From Hormiphora californensis (Eukaryota; Animalia; Ctenophora): 64,000 bases of DNA. The position numbers were made by a program, and so were the translations under genes. Below, one piece after another: positions 53,954 to 64,000 of the stretch (position 1 is the stretch's first letter; each line of letters opens with the position of its first letter). Where the stretch lies: assembly GCA_020137815.1 (NCBI GenBank), contig CM035350.1, forward strand, positions 8,432,001 through 8,496,000. The letters are read 5' to 3'. A model generated the notes under the pieces. It saw only the letters and a program-made list of their open reading frames with translations, made no database searches and had not been told where the DNA came from.

Positions 53954-55561
53954 GTCTCCATGCTTCTCTCTCTCACTATCTCCCCCTCTATCTCTAGCTC
54001 AGAGGTTGCGGTATGCCTCCTGTATAACATATGTGTCTGTCGGTGTGACGGTGTACGTGCATCGTGCACACATGGGTTGGTTATTGTCAAATTAGTTTAG
54101 GAAAGAGATATTTCAAATGTTGCACAATCAATAATCAGACTCTACTAACTACTTCACACCCTAATTAACCTGTTTTATTCTGATGGTTCACGTCTATCTT
54201 CAGGTTCTCCACTAGGAATGCGATGCAATCCATCTTAGTGTTGGTAGCGGCCATGTGGAGAGCACTCCAACCCTGCAGAGAATCATGTTAGACATGTTAC
54301 AGCCCTGCAGAGAATCATGTTAGACATGTTACAGCCCTGTAGAGAATCATGTTAGACATGTTACAGCCCTCCAGAGAATCATGTTAGACATGTTACAGCC
54401 CTGCAGAGAATCATGTTAGACATGTTACAGCCCTGCAGAGAATCATGTTAGACATGTTACAGCCCTGCAGAGAATCATGTTAGACATGTTGCAACCCTGC
54501 AGAGAATCATGTTAGACATGTTACATCCCTCCAGAGAATCATGTTAGACATGTTACAGCCCTGCAGAGAATCATGTTAGACATGTTGCAACCCTGCAGAG
54601 AATCATGTTAGACATGTTACAGCCCTGCAGAGAATCATGTTAGACATGTTACAGCCCTGCAGAGAATCATGTTAGACATGTTACATCCCTCCAGAGAATC
54701 ATGTTAGACATGTTACAGCCCTGCAGAGAATCATGTTAGACATGTTGCAACCCTGCAGAGAATCATGTTAGACATGTTACAGCCCTGCAGAGAATCATGT
54801 TAGACATGTTACAGCCCTGCAGAGAATCATGTTAGACATGTTACAGCCCTGCAGAGAATCATGTTAGACATGTTACAGCCCTGCAGAGAATCATGTTAGA
54901 CATGTTACAGCCCTGCAGAGAATCATGTTAGACATGTTACTTTTTCATATATGTAATATTCGTGTTTAGTGTATTTCAAATAGGGTACTGGTATGGACTA
55001 CTGGGATTTGGATGTACATTGCTGCCACAAACAGATTCTTTAATTCAAATAAGCAGGGGAATTCAAATATGCAGGGGAATGCAGGGCGTGATGATCTCTC
55101 AGTTACATTTATTATTATAATATTATAATAGTTGTGTCCGAACTATGTCAGTCTGTGATCTGTCATGGTTGTTAGGGTATCGAATGATAAATGCTCTTAC
55201 AGAGCTCCAGCGAAATGAGTGAGAGGGGTTTGGTTGCTATGGCAACAAATTGTCTTCATAACACGCTGGATTCGGGGTAGAGGGAGGGCCAATGAGGTGA
55301 CCCCATTTGTATCACGTGACCCAGCTCTAACTCAGTTACACTCTTACTCCAGGAGGGAAATGGGGGTGCTGCAGACTTACCTGGATGAGGACAACTCTTC
55401 GACTAGAGATCAGCAACTAACTTGGATCAGAGATGAAGCATCAGCTGGAGAAAGGCACAAAGAACTAACAGAAAAGTGCAAGAGAAAAAGTGTCAAGTAT
55501 GTTTATATTGCTGCGACATGCAACTTTAGGCACCACACCATCCCTGGGACCTCTCTCTCTT

Positions 55562-55618
<57 letters not shown>

Positions 55619-56392
55619 CGCAAAACACGCGAGTATTATGCTTTAGTGGCACGTTGAGGTTCAATAATTTCAGTCGAGAATTATAACTAATACAGCCTAC
55701 TAGCTCAGCTTCAGTCGCAGAACAAGAATATCAAGTAGATAGAACAGAAAGTAGGTTCAAGAAAGTGGTGCCAGCACGGTAAAAAGAAGAGCAAGGAAAT
55801 AGCTAGTCAGAAGCGATAAAGAGGTGGACATCTATAGAAAAGAGTGAGAGAAAGAGAGAACATGATAAGTGAAAGAATATAGACATAGAGCAATAGAAAG
55901 CAGGACGAGAGGAAGAACAGAGCCGCTTAGAGAGAGAGAGAGAGAGAGAAGCTGAAAACGGTCAACTTGTGTTTTAAACGAGATAACGGGTTACTTATCC
56001 TTCTAAACCACACGCTACTTATCTACAACATGCTACAATATCGCGTACGGGCCCGCTTGTTTAATGATAATTGATATGTCAGTATGTTAACATGTCAACA
56101 TACTGACATATCAATTGGCAAGCTGCTAAAAATTAATATCGTGACAGAAATGATTAAATAAAACATGCCGACTAAGAAATGAAGATGGACGAGGGAGAAA
56201 GAGAGATAGAGAGAGGGGTAGTAAGTTACAAGTATCACATGAATATGAATAGAACGTGGTTTTACATTTTACAGACTATATGATTGGATTTACCTCATCA
56301 TTTAGGTAGTATGGGTCGGCTCCTTTTTTCAAGCACAGCTTAACCCATTCCACATCACCCACCGCACAGGCCACAAGTAGATCTTTACCCAT
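51682..56392 (-). CDS. ANKRD53: Ankyrin repeat protein 53-like; exons about 56392-56294, 54272-54169, 53631-53533, 53103-52964, 52704-51682
   Basis: LLVACAVGDVEWVKLCL..DE|GWSALHMAA..|GWTPLHLA..ALDCVNYLLSNGADVN|..PLDVSK|VWGHTACSKYLQNVMWFEKK matches the ANKRD53 layout. Confidence 0.85.
54271..54940 (-). repeat. 32-bp tandem array, 21 copies, each a complete 3' splice signal of ANKRD53 intron 1
   Basis: Minus-strand unit ctgtaacatgtCTAACatgattctctgcAG|gg; real exon starts at 54272. Confidence 0.95.
55233..55246. promoter_or_regulatory. Candidate RFX X-box in ANKRD53 intron 1
   Basis: GTTGCTATGGCAAC fits the X-box consensus. Confidence 0.4.
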
Positions 56393-56815
56393 GGCAGTCT
56401 TTGGGAAGAATTTGTTGATTAAATCTTTTAAAACATATTAATTTATCGTGCAGAGATTTTAAAGGCCTGAGCAAGCAATATGCATAGAATATGTAAACAT
56501 ACGTAAAACTAAACTTCACTAAACTAAGTCGGGCTGAAGAAAACAGATGAAGGGGAGGCCATGCCTGGTAAACAAACATCCGAGTTCAAGTGATCTAGAT
56601 CGACATCAACAATTGAAGAAGTGAAATAAGGAAAAAATATATATTGTAAACCTTGTAAATAAGGCTGAGGATTTGTATTACGGACCCTGATTGATAGACC
56701 TGCCAGGGAGCTGTTCCTACAGCCAGATAATGAAAACAGATAATTCGAATTGCGCATCACGAATTGTGTGCTTTCTACACACGTGGGACACTGTGCACGA
56801 CTATACACCGCCTGT

Positions 56816-56934
56816 GGCCTGATCAGGGGGATAACAGCACACAATTCGTAATGTGCAAGTCGAATTCCTTGATCGAATTCGGCCTGATCAGGGGGGATAA
56901 CAGCACACAATTCGTAATGTGCAAGTCGAATTCC
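56816..56934. repeat. Two direct copies of an about 54-bp block (spacing about 65 bp), with an inverted partial copy at about 56747-56772
   Basis: ggcctgatcagggg(g)ataacagcacacaattcgtaatgtgcaagtcgaattcc occurs twice. Confidence 0.75.
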
Positions 56935-57824
56935 CTGGCTCCATTATCTGACGCTGTTTCTTGGCTTGCACCTTAATCCACCGTGTAACTTTGCATAGAT
57001 GCTGCAGCAGTATCAGCTCCTCACAGAGCCTCTCCTTCCCGATGATCGGTCGATTGAAGCAAGTAGCAACGCCCCCACCACCAACAAGCCTTCTAAAGCG
57101 GCTCAATAATTCAACGTGCTAAAAGTTCCACATCCACCGCCATTATTAATCGTAGGTATAACAAAATAATCGAGACAGCTCCGCCAGACAGTTGTTATCT
57201 CTTTACTATACTTGTTATGTTCTAAGCCTCCTTTACATTTTATGAGGGTTGTGTGTTTTTGCGGAGCGCACGGGAAAAGGGTCGAGCTAATCTGAATCCT
57301 TTATACCTAAAATTTAGTTATTCTATACTTGAAGATCAATTATTTGAGTAAATTATGGTTGGTAAACCCCAAAAGTAGGTCAAAATTCGTTTGCATTTTT
57401 CATTTTTGTAAAAATTTAAAAAAAAGCAAAAAATGCAATTTTTGATTTTGTCGCCAAAATTGAAATTTTGATCGAACGCCGCGCTCGGCGCGTGATTTGC
57501 TCTATATTTGCGCGTCATCGATTGCGCGCGATCGAAATCCGTTGTGGTCGAAGTGTCGTATGTCGATTGCTTGCGGAGGAAAGATGGTTGCTATGTTTTC
57601 ACCATCGTCTTGGTAAAGCGTGTCAGTATCCTTGACGCAACTCTGTATACATTCTTGACAGTTCCAAACACCGCTATTACGATCGCGTACTCCGTTTAAA
57701 TCCTAGTTTGTTGTCTGCACTGATCTTTGAGTATTGCAACACAGCTTTTCTCTGATATCTCACTCACCAGATAAGTTTTATTCGAATATAAATTAAATCA
57801 ATATTCCTGGTTCGTTAGGTCAAG

Positions 57825-58415
57825 ATGTTTAAGAACACCTTCCAGTCTGGATTCCTCTCCATCTTGTACAGCATTGGAAGCAAGCCTCTGCAGATCTGGG
57901 ACAAGAAAGTTCGAAACGGCCACATCAAGAGGATAACGGATAACGACATCCAGTCTTTGGTGTTGGAAATCGTTGGAACCAATGTCAGCACCACATACAT
58001 TACCTGTCCTGCTGACCCAAAGATCACCCTGGGAATCAAGTTGCCCTTCCTTGTGATGATCATCAAAAACATGAAGAAATACTTCACCTTTGAGGTACAG
58101 GTCCTTGACGACAAGAACGTGAGGAGGCGATTCCGAGCATCCAACTACCAGTCCACAACCCGAGTGAAACCTTTCATCTGTACCATGCCCATGCGACTTG
58201 ACGATGGATGGAACCAGATCCAGTTTAACCTGTCAGATTTCACTCGACGAGCCTACGGAACGAACTACATTGAGACCCTCCGAGTGCAGATCCACGCCAA
58301 CTGCCGAATCAGGCGGGTCTACTTCTCTGACAGGCTCTACAGTGAGGACGAGCTTCCAGCAGAGTTCAAACTCTACCTGCCCGTGCAAAACAAGATGAAG
58401 GCTAACGCCAACTAA
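57825..58415 (+). CDS. CFAP20: Cilia- and flagella-associated protein 20 (BUG22), CDS without introns
   Basis: [44 protein letters not shown]...[18 protein letters not shown], near-invariant CFAP20. Confidence 0.99.
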   Translation: MFKNTFQSGFLSILYSIGSKPLQIWDKKVRNGHIKRITDNDIQSLVLEIVGTNVSTTYITCPADPKITLGIKLPFLVMIIKNMKKYFTFEVQVLDDKNVRRRFRASNYQSTTRVKPFICTMPMRLDDGWNQIQFNLSDFTRRAYGTNYIETLRVQIHANCRIRRVYFSDRLYSEDELPAEFKLYLPVQNKMKANAN

Positions 58416-58969
58416 AGGGACAATAATTCTGTTGTTTGTTGGACACTGTGTGTAATTTATGTTTTGCGCAGACAGAGAGGCCGGGCCGCACAGAACCTGA
58501 AGCTCTGAGAGTTTATCCGCGGTAGATTTTATCCTCCCAGCCTTCACAATCTTTGAAGATTTTTGAAGATTTTTTCCCTACCCTATATTCCACTCTAACA
58601 CGATATACCCATCCTTCCCTTCCAGCAATTCCTCCTAAGACTGGGACGGAGAGAGAGATTGATGTGAGAGAGAGATGTAAGGGCAATGCAAATACACATG
58701 TGTACCTTGTAGAGGTGGGATGTTTTTCTCGCGTTATATATCACTGTATACAATGTGTGTTGATTTTACTTGTAAATACCCCTCCCGGTATATCGGTGTT
58801 TTTATTTGCCTATACCATTTCATTGCCATCATTACATTCTCCCCAACCTGCTACCCCTCCTTCCCCCTATATCTATCTCCCTCTATCTCCCTTCCTCCCC
58901 CACCTCAATCTCCCTTCCCTCCCATACTCAGATTTTCACACTGACCAACACCCCCTCTCTCATTATAGG

Positions 58970-59875
58970 ATGTCTACTATGTTTGACACCTTCAAAGGAT
59001 CATTTGCCCGGCTCAGGGACTATGCCCTTGTTCCAGCCATTGCACTCCGTGGCTCTCTCGTCCTATGGTCCTCTCTCATCTGTCCCCTATTTCGGCCAGA
59101 AGAGGTTGGTGAGGTGGGTGAGTTATTCGTTCATCCCATTAGGGCCCTTCAGCCTGTTCAAGTTACCCCTGGTAACTCCTGGTTACTGACCCCCACTGGG
59201 TTCTGGTTGGATAAAAGGATGTGTATGTTGCACAATAATGAGAGGTTGAAACACACAACCAAGGGTTGGGAGGCCTTGTATGGGGTTGGGGTATCTCTAA
59301 CAGATGACACTGTCGTGCTCTCTCACGCCTCAAAACCGGACCTGGTGATCCCTCTCTCTGTACTGGATGGAGAGGGAGAGGCTCTCAAGTGTAGCAAGGG
59401 TAACTCCTATAGGACGGTACCGGGTGTCGGTGACTGGCTGACTGATGTGGTAGGGGGACGTGAAATAACACTGGTATACTCGCCTGAAGGTGCAGTTGTA
59501 CCCGGTCTGGATCCTGTCCTTATTATTGGACAGAATTCTCTGTCTGCGTTCGAGGAAATAGCTGGTCATACTATGGAAATGGAGAGGTTCAGGCCTAATA
59601 TAGTTGCTGTGGAGAAACAACCTTTTGCAGATGAGGGCTGGGCTGAGGTAAAGGTGGGGGAGGCAGTTCTTGTGTTTTGTCACCGCTGTACAAGGTGCTC
59701 CATCACTAACGTTTCACCAGAGGGAATTAGGACGGACTATACCATGGATAGTCTGAGGGAGAAAAGGCCGCGGTGCGAGAAGACAAACAAACCAGTCTTT
59801 GGATCTTATTTCAAGGTTAAGTGCCCGGGTCTGGTAAGGCCTGGTGACAAAATCATGCTAATTAAATCGCAATAA
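58970..59875 (+). CDS. MOSC-domain (mARC-like) molybdoprotein, 301 aa, no introns; true start at ATG 58970 rather than the 58553 ORF start
   Basis: LFVHPIRA (MOSC_N), LDKRM, ERFRPNIV, FADEGW, CTRCSITNV, FGSY..V..PG.VRPGD; acceptor ctctctcattatag right before the ATG. Confidence 0.88.
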   Translation: MSTMFDTFKGSFARLRDYALVPAIALRGSLVLWSSLICPLFRPEEVGEVGELFVHPIRALQPVQVTPGNSWLLTPTGFWLDKRMCMLHNNERLKHTTKGWEALYGVGVSLTDDTVVLSHASKPDLVIPLSVLDGEGEALKCSKGNSYRTVPGVGDWLTDVVGGREITLVYSPEGAVVPGLDPVLIIGQNSLSAFEEIAGHTMEMERFRPNIVAVEKQPFADEGWAEVKVGEAVLVFCHRCTRCSITNVSPEGIRTDYTMDSLREKRPRCEKTNKPVFGSYFKVKCPGLVRPGDKIMLIKSQ

Positions 59876-60063
59876 TTCGGGTACTAGCTTTATTTTATAT
59901 CTTTTTCCCCTTTTCTTTTTTCCGGGTTTTGTCATTCTGTTTTAATAATTGACTTATTTTAATTCTCTCTGTTCTTTACCCACTGTCTATATCTCCCTTT
60001 CCTCCCCACTCCTCCCACACAGTTCCCCTTTCCTTATATATACATTTCCCCCTTATAGCACTC

Positions 60064-60372
60064 ATGTCTAAGACGATCCACAACCCCGGTAACTCTGTCT
60101 ACACGTGTGCTAACGTGACTAACGTGGATCTAAAAAGTGAATATCAGACGATCGATGGGAACCTGAAGGATGTTGTCAAGGGTTACCCTGCCGAGGAACA
60201 ACATCCAATGTACCGGACTAGTAGCCACAAGTATGGCAGTCTGGGTCCATGTCACCACACCCTGCCCCAGAAGTTTCTGGGAATTTCCAGCAAGTTCTCG
60301 GAACATTTGAACAAGAGTGGAATGTATCGAAACCAGAGTCTCAATACCAGCATGGATAAGGATAAATGTTGA
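60064..60372 (+). CDS. Piercer of microtubule wall protein (PIERCE1/2, C9orf116/C15orf65 family), no introns
   Basis: NPGNSVYTC, HPMYRTSSHKYGS, KFSEHLNKSGMYRNQSLNTSMD. Confidence 0.9.
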   Translation: MSKTIHNPGNSVYTCANVTNVDLKSEYQTIDGNLKDVVKGYPAEEQHPMYRTSSHKYGSLGPCHHTLPQKFLGISSKFSEHLNKSGMYRNQSLNTSMDKDKC

Positions 60373-60798
60373 AGAAATCCAGGGACATATTGACATCTAG
60401 ATCTTTGAGCTGAGTTTGATTATTTATTTGTTCTGAGAGAGTGCTGGGAAATAGAGTTCTGTTGCACGCGAAAAAATGCGATATTGTTGATTTTTACCGT
60501 GTAATTGTAGTGCGTTGAAAGATTGTACAGATTTTAATTGAGCCTTTCTATCTTTTTCTCTCCGTCATCATGCACATGTGTGCGTTACCATGGTTCTCAA
60601 GTAACTCTCTTTCTCCTCGTGGGTCGTCCCCCCCCTCTCTCTCTCTCTCCCTCTCTCTCCCTCGTCCCCTCTCTCCCCAGCCTCCTCCCCCTCTCTCTAT
60701 AATCCTCCCTCTCTGCAATCCTCCCCTCTAGCACCTCTATCCCCCCTCTCTCTCTCCAGTCCCCTCCCTCTCGATAGTCATCCCTCTTCCCCTCTAGC

Positions 60799-63700
60799 AT
60801 GGCGTACAGTGTAGAGGAAGAAGAGGGACCCAAATGCTCCTTCGCTATCTACCTTGCAGAGGGAGATGCCCTGGCGAAACAAGGTGATTTTGTTAAGGCC
60901 ATCCGAGCTTATTCAACAGCACTCGATATTCAACCAGAGGACAAGAACTGTCTTGTAAACAGGTAAATATATGGGGGGGGGGGGGGGTGTGGAGGGATAG
61001 GAAGAACTGTATTGGGACTAGCGTGAGTGGTGTATAGTTAATTGGGCCCCAGTTAATTAGGGCCAGATAGTCATCTCTATCTAGACAACGTGTATAAGTG
61101 AGCCATTTAACAAGGAACTCATTGTTGTGTTGCTAGGAGAAAAGTTTGAATTGTTGGCCTTGAATTTGGTTGCCATAGCAACCCATAAATAGGCTGCAAA
61201 GTATCACTTTACATCCTTTCTACCCCCTCTCTTTCCAGGTCTCGATGTCACCTGAAACTTGGTGATGCTGAGTCTGCCCTCAAGGACGCTGAGACAAGTC
61301 TGAAGGAGGGAAACGACTTTTGTAAGGGGCTCTTTCAAAAAGCGGAAGCCCTTTATGCGATGGGAGATTTCGAGTTTGCGTTGGTGCACTATCACAGGGG
61401 CAACAAGTTGCGGCCAGAATTGGATGAGTTCAGACTGGGAATCCAGAAGGCCCGAGAAGCTATCGACAACTCTATCGGCAGTAAGTAACGTGTTCCCTCT
61501 GTTGTGTGTGTAACATTATGCTCGGCTGTGTGTAAGTACATTTTATACACATTCTTCAACATCCCCCTCATATTGCCATGTTTCACAACACTTCCCCCTT
61601 ACACCACTCTCCTTATCCTAGCCCCCACACATCTGGTTATGTTCTAACCCTCCTTCACTGCCCCTTACAGTACAGTATCCCCCCATTATCCCCTCCTTCC
61701 CTTCCCAGACCCTAACAGTACATTATCCCCTCCTTCCCTTCCCAGATCCTAACAGTACATTATCCCCTCCTTCCCTTCACAGACCCTAACAGTACATTAT
61801 CTCTCTCCTTCCCTTCCCAGACCCTAACAGTACATTATCCCCTCCTTCCCTTCACAGACCCTAACAGACCATTATCCCCTCCTCCCCTTCCCAGATCCTA
61901 ACAGTACATTATCCCCCCCCCCTTCCCTTCCCAGACCCTAACAGTACATTATCCCCTCCTTCCCTTCCCAGACCCTAACACGGTTAAGTTGACATCAAAA
62001 GGAGACCTGTCCTATTTCTACAAGTATCTGGACGACAAAGCGGGCAAGAAAGGTAAACCCGCCACCCGTAAGAAGCCTGTCAACAGGGCTCCCTTTAGTT
62101 CTCTGAACACTGAAAAACAGGACACAAAATGTGTGACGGGAGATAAAACAGTAAAACAGCTGTTGGGAGAGCTATACGAGGACCGGGAGTACTTGGAAAA
62201 ACTGCTGAACGATTCCCGTGAGTTAAATAGAGTTCTATTTGAACCGGTACCCCGGCTTTCGCAAAAAAATAGAGTGCGGTTATTTCTGTTTCAATGTTGT
62301 GTGTTAACTGTTTATAGCCCAACTCTAAACTTACAATTAAGTGTTTGTTGAAGGTGCGACAAAGCAGTCAGATAACACGATAAAGTCCCTGGTGTCAAAC
62401 GGAATTACCTATCTGGATTCCCGGTTGGATTTCTGGAGGCAACAACAGCCCCTGTACAGCCGGAAGAAGAAGAGGATTGATGTTGGAAACAAGAATCGTC
62501 TGATCAAAGGATATCCTTTTAGTCGAGAATACACATTCAACACATTCGCAACAGAAGAGATTCTCACAGAGTCATCAGTCATCACAAACCACGCAGTCCC
62601 CTCACCCGTCATTGAATAACTACACTATCACATCACGAGATTTTAGCAACAACAAAAAACACTTTTTTAAATACCCGTTTGACTCCTTAACTCTTATTTT
62701 CCGTCTGCACGATTGGGAGTGATCCGACAGCATACGTTTTACGGAATTTGGACGAGATTGATGCAGGTAAGATATTCTCCCTGACTCTACACGTAAATTG
62801 TGTAGCACTCCAATCAGGCACATTTTCAGTCTGAGCTCCGCGCGCTTTCTCAGCGATGAAAGTAGTCGCTGTAAGCAGTTTGACTGCGCGCGTTGTGGTT
62901 CTGTTTTCCCCAGGAGCATCTCCTTGGTTACCATGTGTTTGTTGCCACCACTGCAAATAACAACATCCCTCAGCGCTGGCAGACGGTAATGCACAGGACA
63001 GTCTACAGTTGGCGAGGGGGTGTCTGAAGAAGGTTAAACAGATTGATAACCTGCCAAACAAACAGGAGTTTGTAGCGAATCTTCACTCAAGCATTGGATG
63101 TGCTTTACTTGAGTTGGGCAGTTATGATGCTGCACTTTCAGAACACAAGGAAGACCTTTCTATCAGCAATTCAATGTAAGTCGTAAGATTGTTAGGGCAT
63201 GTGTCTAGAGGGGGCTATGTCTAGCAGCTCTCTCGGGTTTAAAATGTGTAGTGTAGTGCTGCAGTGAAAGAAACAACATTCTCCTCTAGTAAATCTGACG
63301 AGGGCAAGGCAAGGGCACTGGACAACATTGGTAGAACATATGCCAGGGTTTCTGATTACGGAGAGGCTATCAAATAGTAAGTTACAGTTCCGATATACCT
63401 GTTGTTAGAATTTCCCTGGATCTCAAAACATGTAAAATGCACCACCCCTTGCCAAACACTCAGAGCGAGTATAGAGTTCTAACAACCATCTTCTTCCCCA
63501 GCTGGGAACAAAGGATTCCAATGAATAGGACACTCCTTGAGTCAGCATGGTTATTCCACGAACTGGGTCGGTGCTGCCTCGAACTGGGAAAGTTTGCTGA
63601 TGCATCCTCTTACGGGGAACAATCTCTAGATGCTGCCTCTCAGGCTTCTGATGAGAACTGGCAGATCAACTCATCTGTCCTTATTGCTCAAGCTGAGGGT

Positions 63701-63914
63701 AGGTTTTCTTTGGATTTTATAATTTCACCAAAATTGCCTTGACGATATCACTACTCTCTAACCCCCTCCACTCCCTTAGTGAAGCTGTGTCATGACTCAA
63801 AGGCCCTTGAGAACTTCAACAGAGCCTTGAAGATTGCCGAGGTTTTGGGAGACAAAGCTATCCAGGAAGCTATTTCTAAAGCTATCCAGGATGTTAACTA
63901 TCGTATTGCCGAAG
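60799..63914 (+). CDS. ODAD4: Outer dynein arm docking complex subunit 4 (TTC25), TPR protein, continues past the window end
   Basis: FAIYLAEGD..DKNCLVNR|SRCHLKLGD..KAEALYAMGDFEFALVHYHRGNKLRPELDEFRLGIQKAREAIDNSIG; QLLGELYEDREYLEKLL; FWRQQQPLYSR; WLFHELGRC. Confidence 0.95.
61169..61182. promoter_or_regulatory. Candidate RFX X-box in TTC25 intron 1
   Basis: GTTGCCATAGCAAC. Confidence 0.45.
61684..61980 (+). repeat. About 37-bp tandem array, 8 copies, duplicating a TTC25 acceptor plus the first 9 exon nt
   Basis: Unit cattatcccctccttcccttcccAG|accctaacagta; in-frame exon starts at 61972. Confidence 0.92.
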
Positions 63915-64000
63915 GTATGGGATGCAGCTAGTAAAACCTAGCACATTTTCTTGATATAGCACCCTCTGATTGTTGCATCTATTGATCAAAACTACTTGAA

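Noticed and set aside
54271-54940. p53-like CATG half-sites in the 32-bp array
   Set aside because: Half-sites are imperfect and mis-spaced; the unit is explained as a splice acceptor
57336-57352. ATTTGAG motifs resembling a spliced-leader end (also about 3077 and 30002)
   Set aside because: None has a separate GT donor after the GAG or an obvious Sm site, so no SL RNA gene is called
58553-58969. 139-aa N-terminal extension of the MOSC ORF
   Set aside because: Non-ATG start, and it runs through a pyrimidine tract ending in an acceptor just before ATG 58970

Overview
Gene-dense, intron-containing animal genomic DNA with standard GT-AG introns, C-rich polypyrimidine tracts, (CT)n microsatellites and many MITEs. 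The repeat families and gene style suggest a ctenophore such as Pleurobrachia or Hormiphora; this is an inference I cannot confirm. From left to right the window holds: the 3' part of a CLCN6/7 chloride transporter; an intact Ty1/copia (GalEa-like) LTR retrotransposon inside a MITE; a type-II membrane carboxylesterase; MAPK15/ERK7 with two intronic tRNA-Ser(AGA) genes; orphan MAD1 C-terminal exons; a MITE/Helitron cluster; a Jupiter/HN1-like gene; a decayed hAT element carrying an Academ-like foldback; CBF-beta; a BPI/LBP gene with a probable ShK domain; a secreted His-rich polyprotein; ANKRD53; and the tight same-strand cluster CFAP20 - MOSC/mARC - PIERCE - TTC25/ODAD4. Three signals stand out. 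(1) A prohormone-like precursor with 26 dibasic sites that would release about 26 copies of a His-rich peptide. (2) An operon-like axonemal gene cluster in which every ATG follows a 3' splice acceptor, as expected for SL trans-splicing. (3) Repeated tandem amplification of the splice sites themselves in several unrelated genes. All gene models were read by eye, so exon edges outside conserved domains are approximate.
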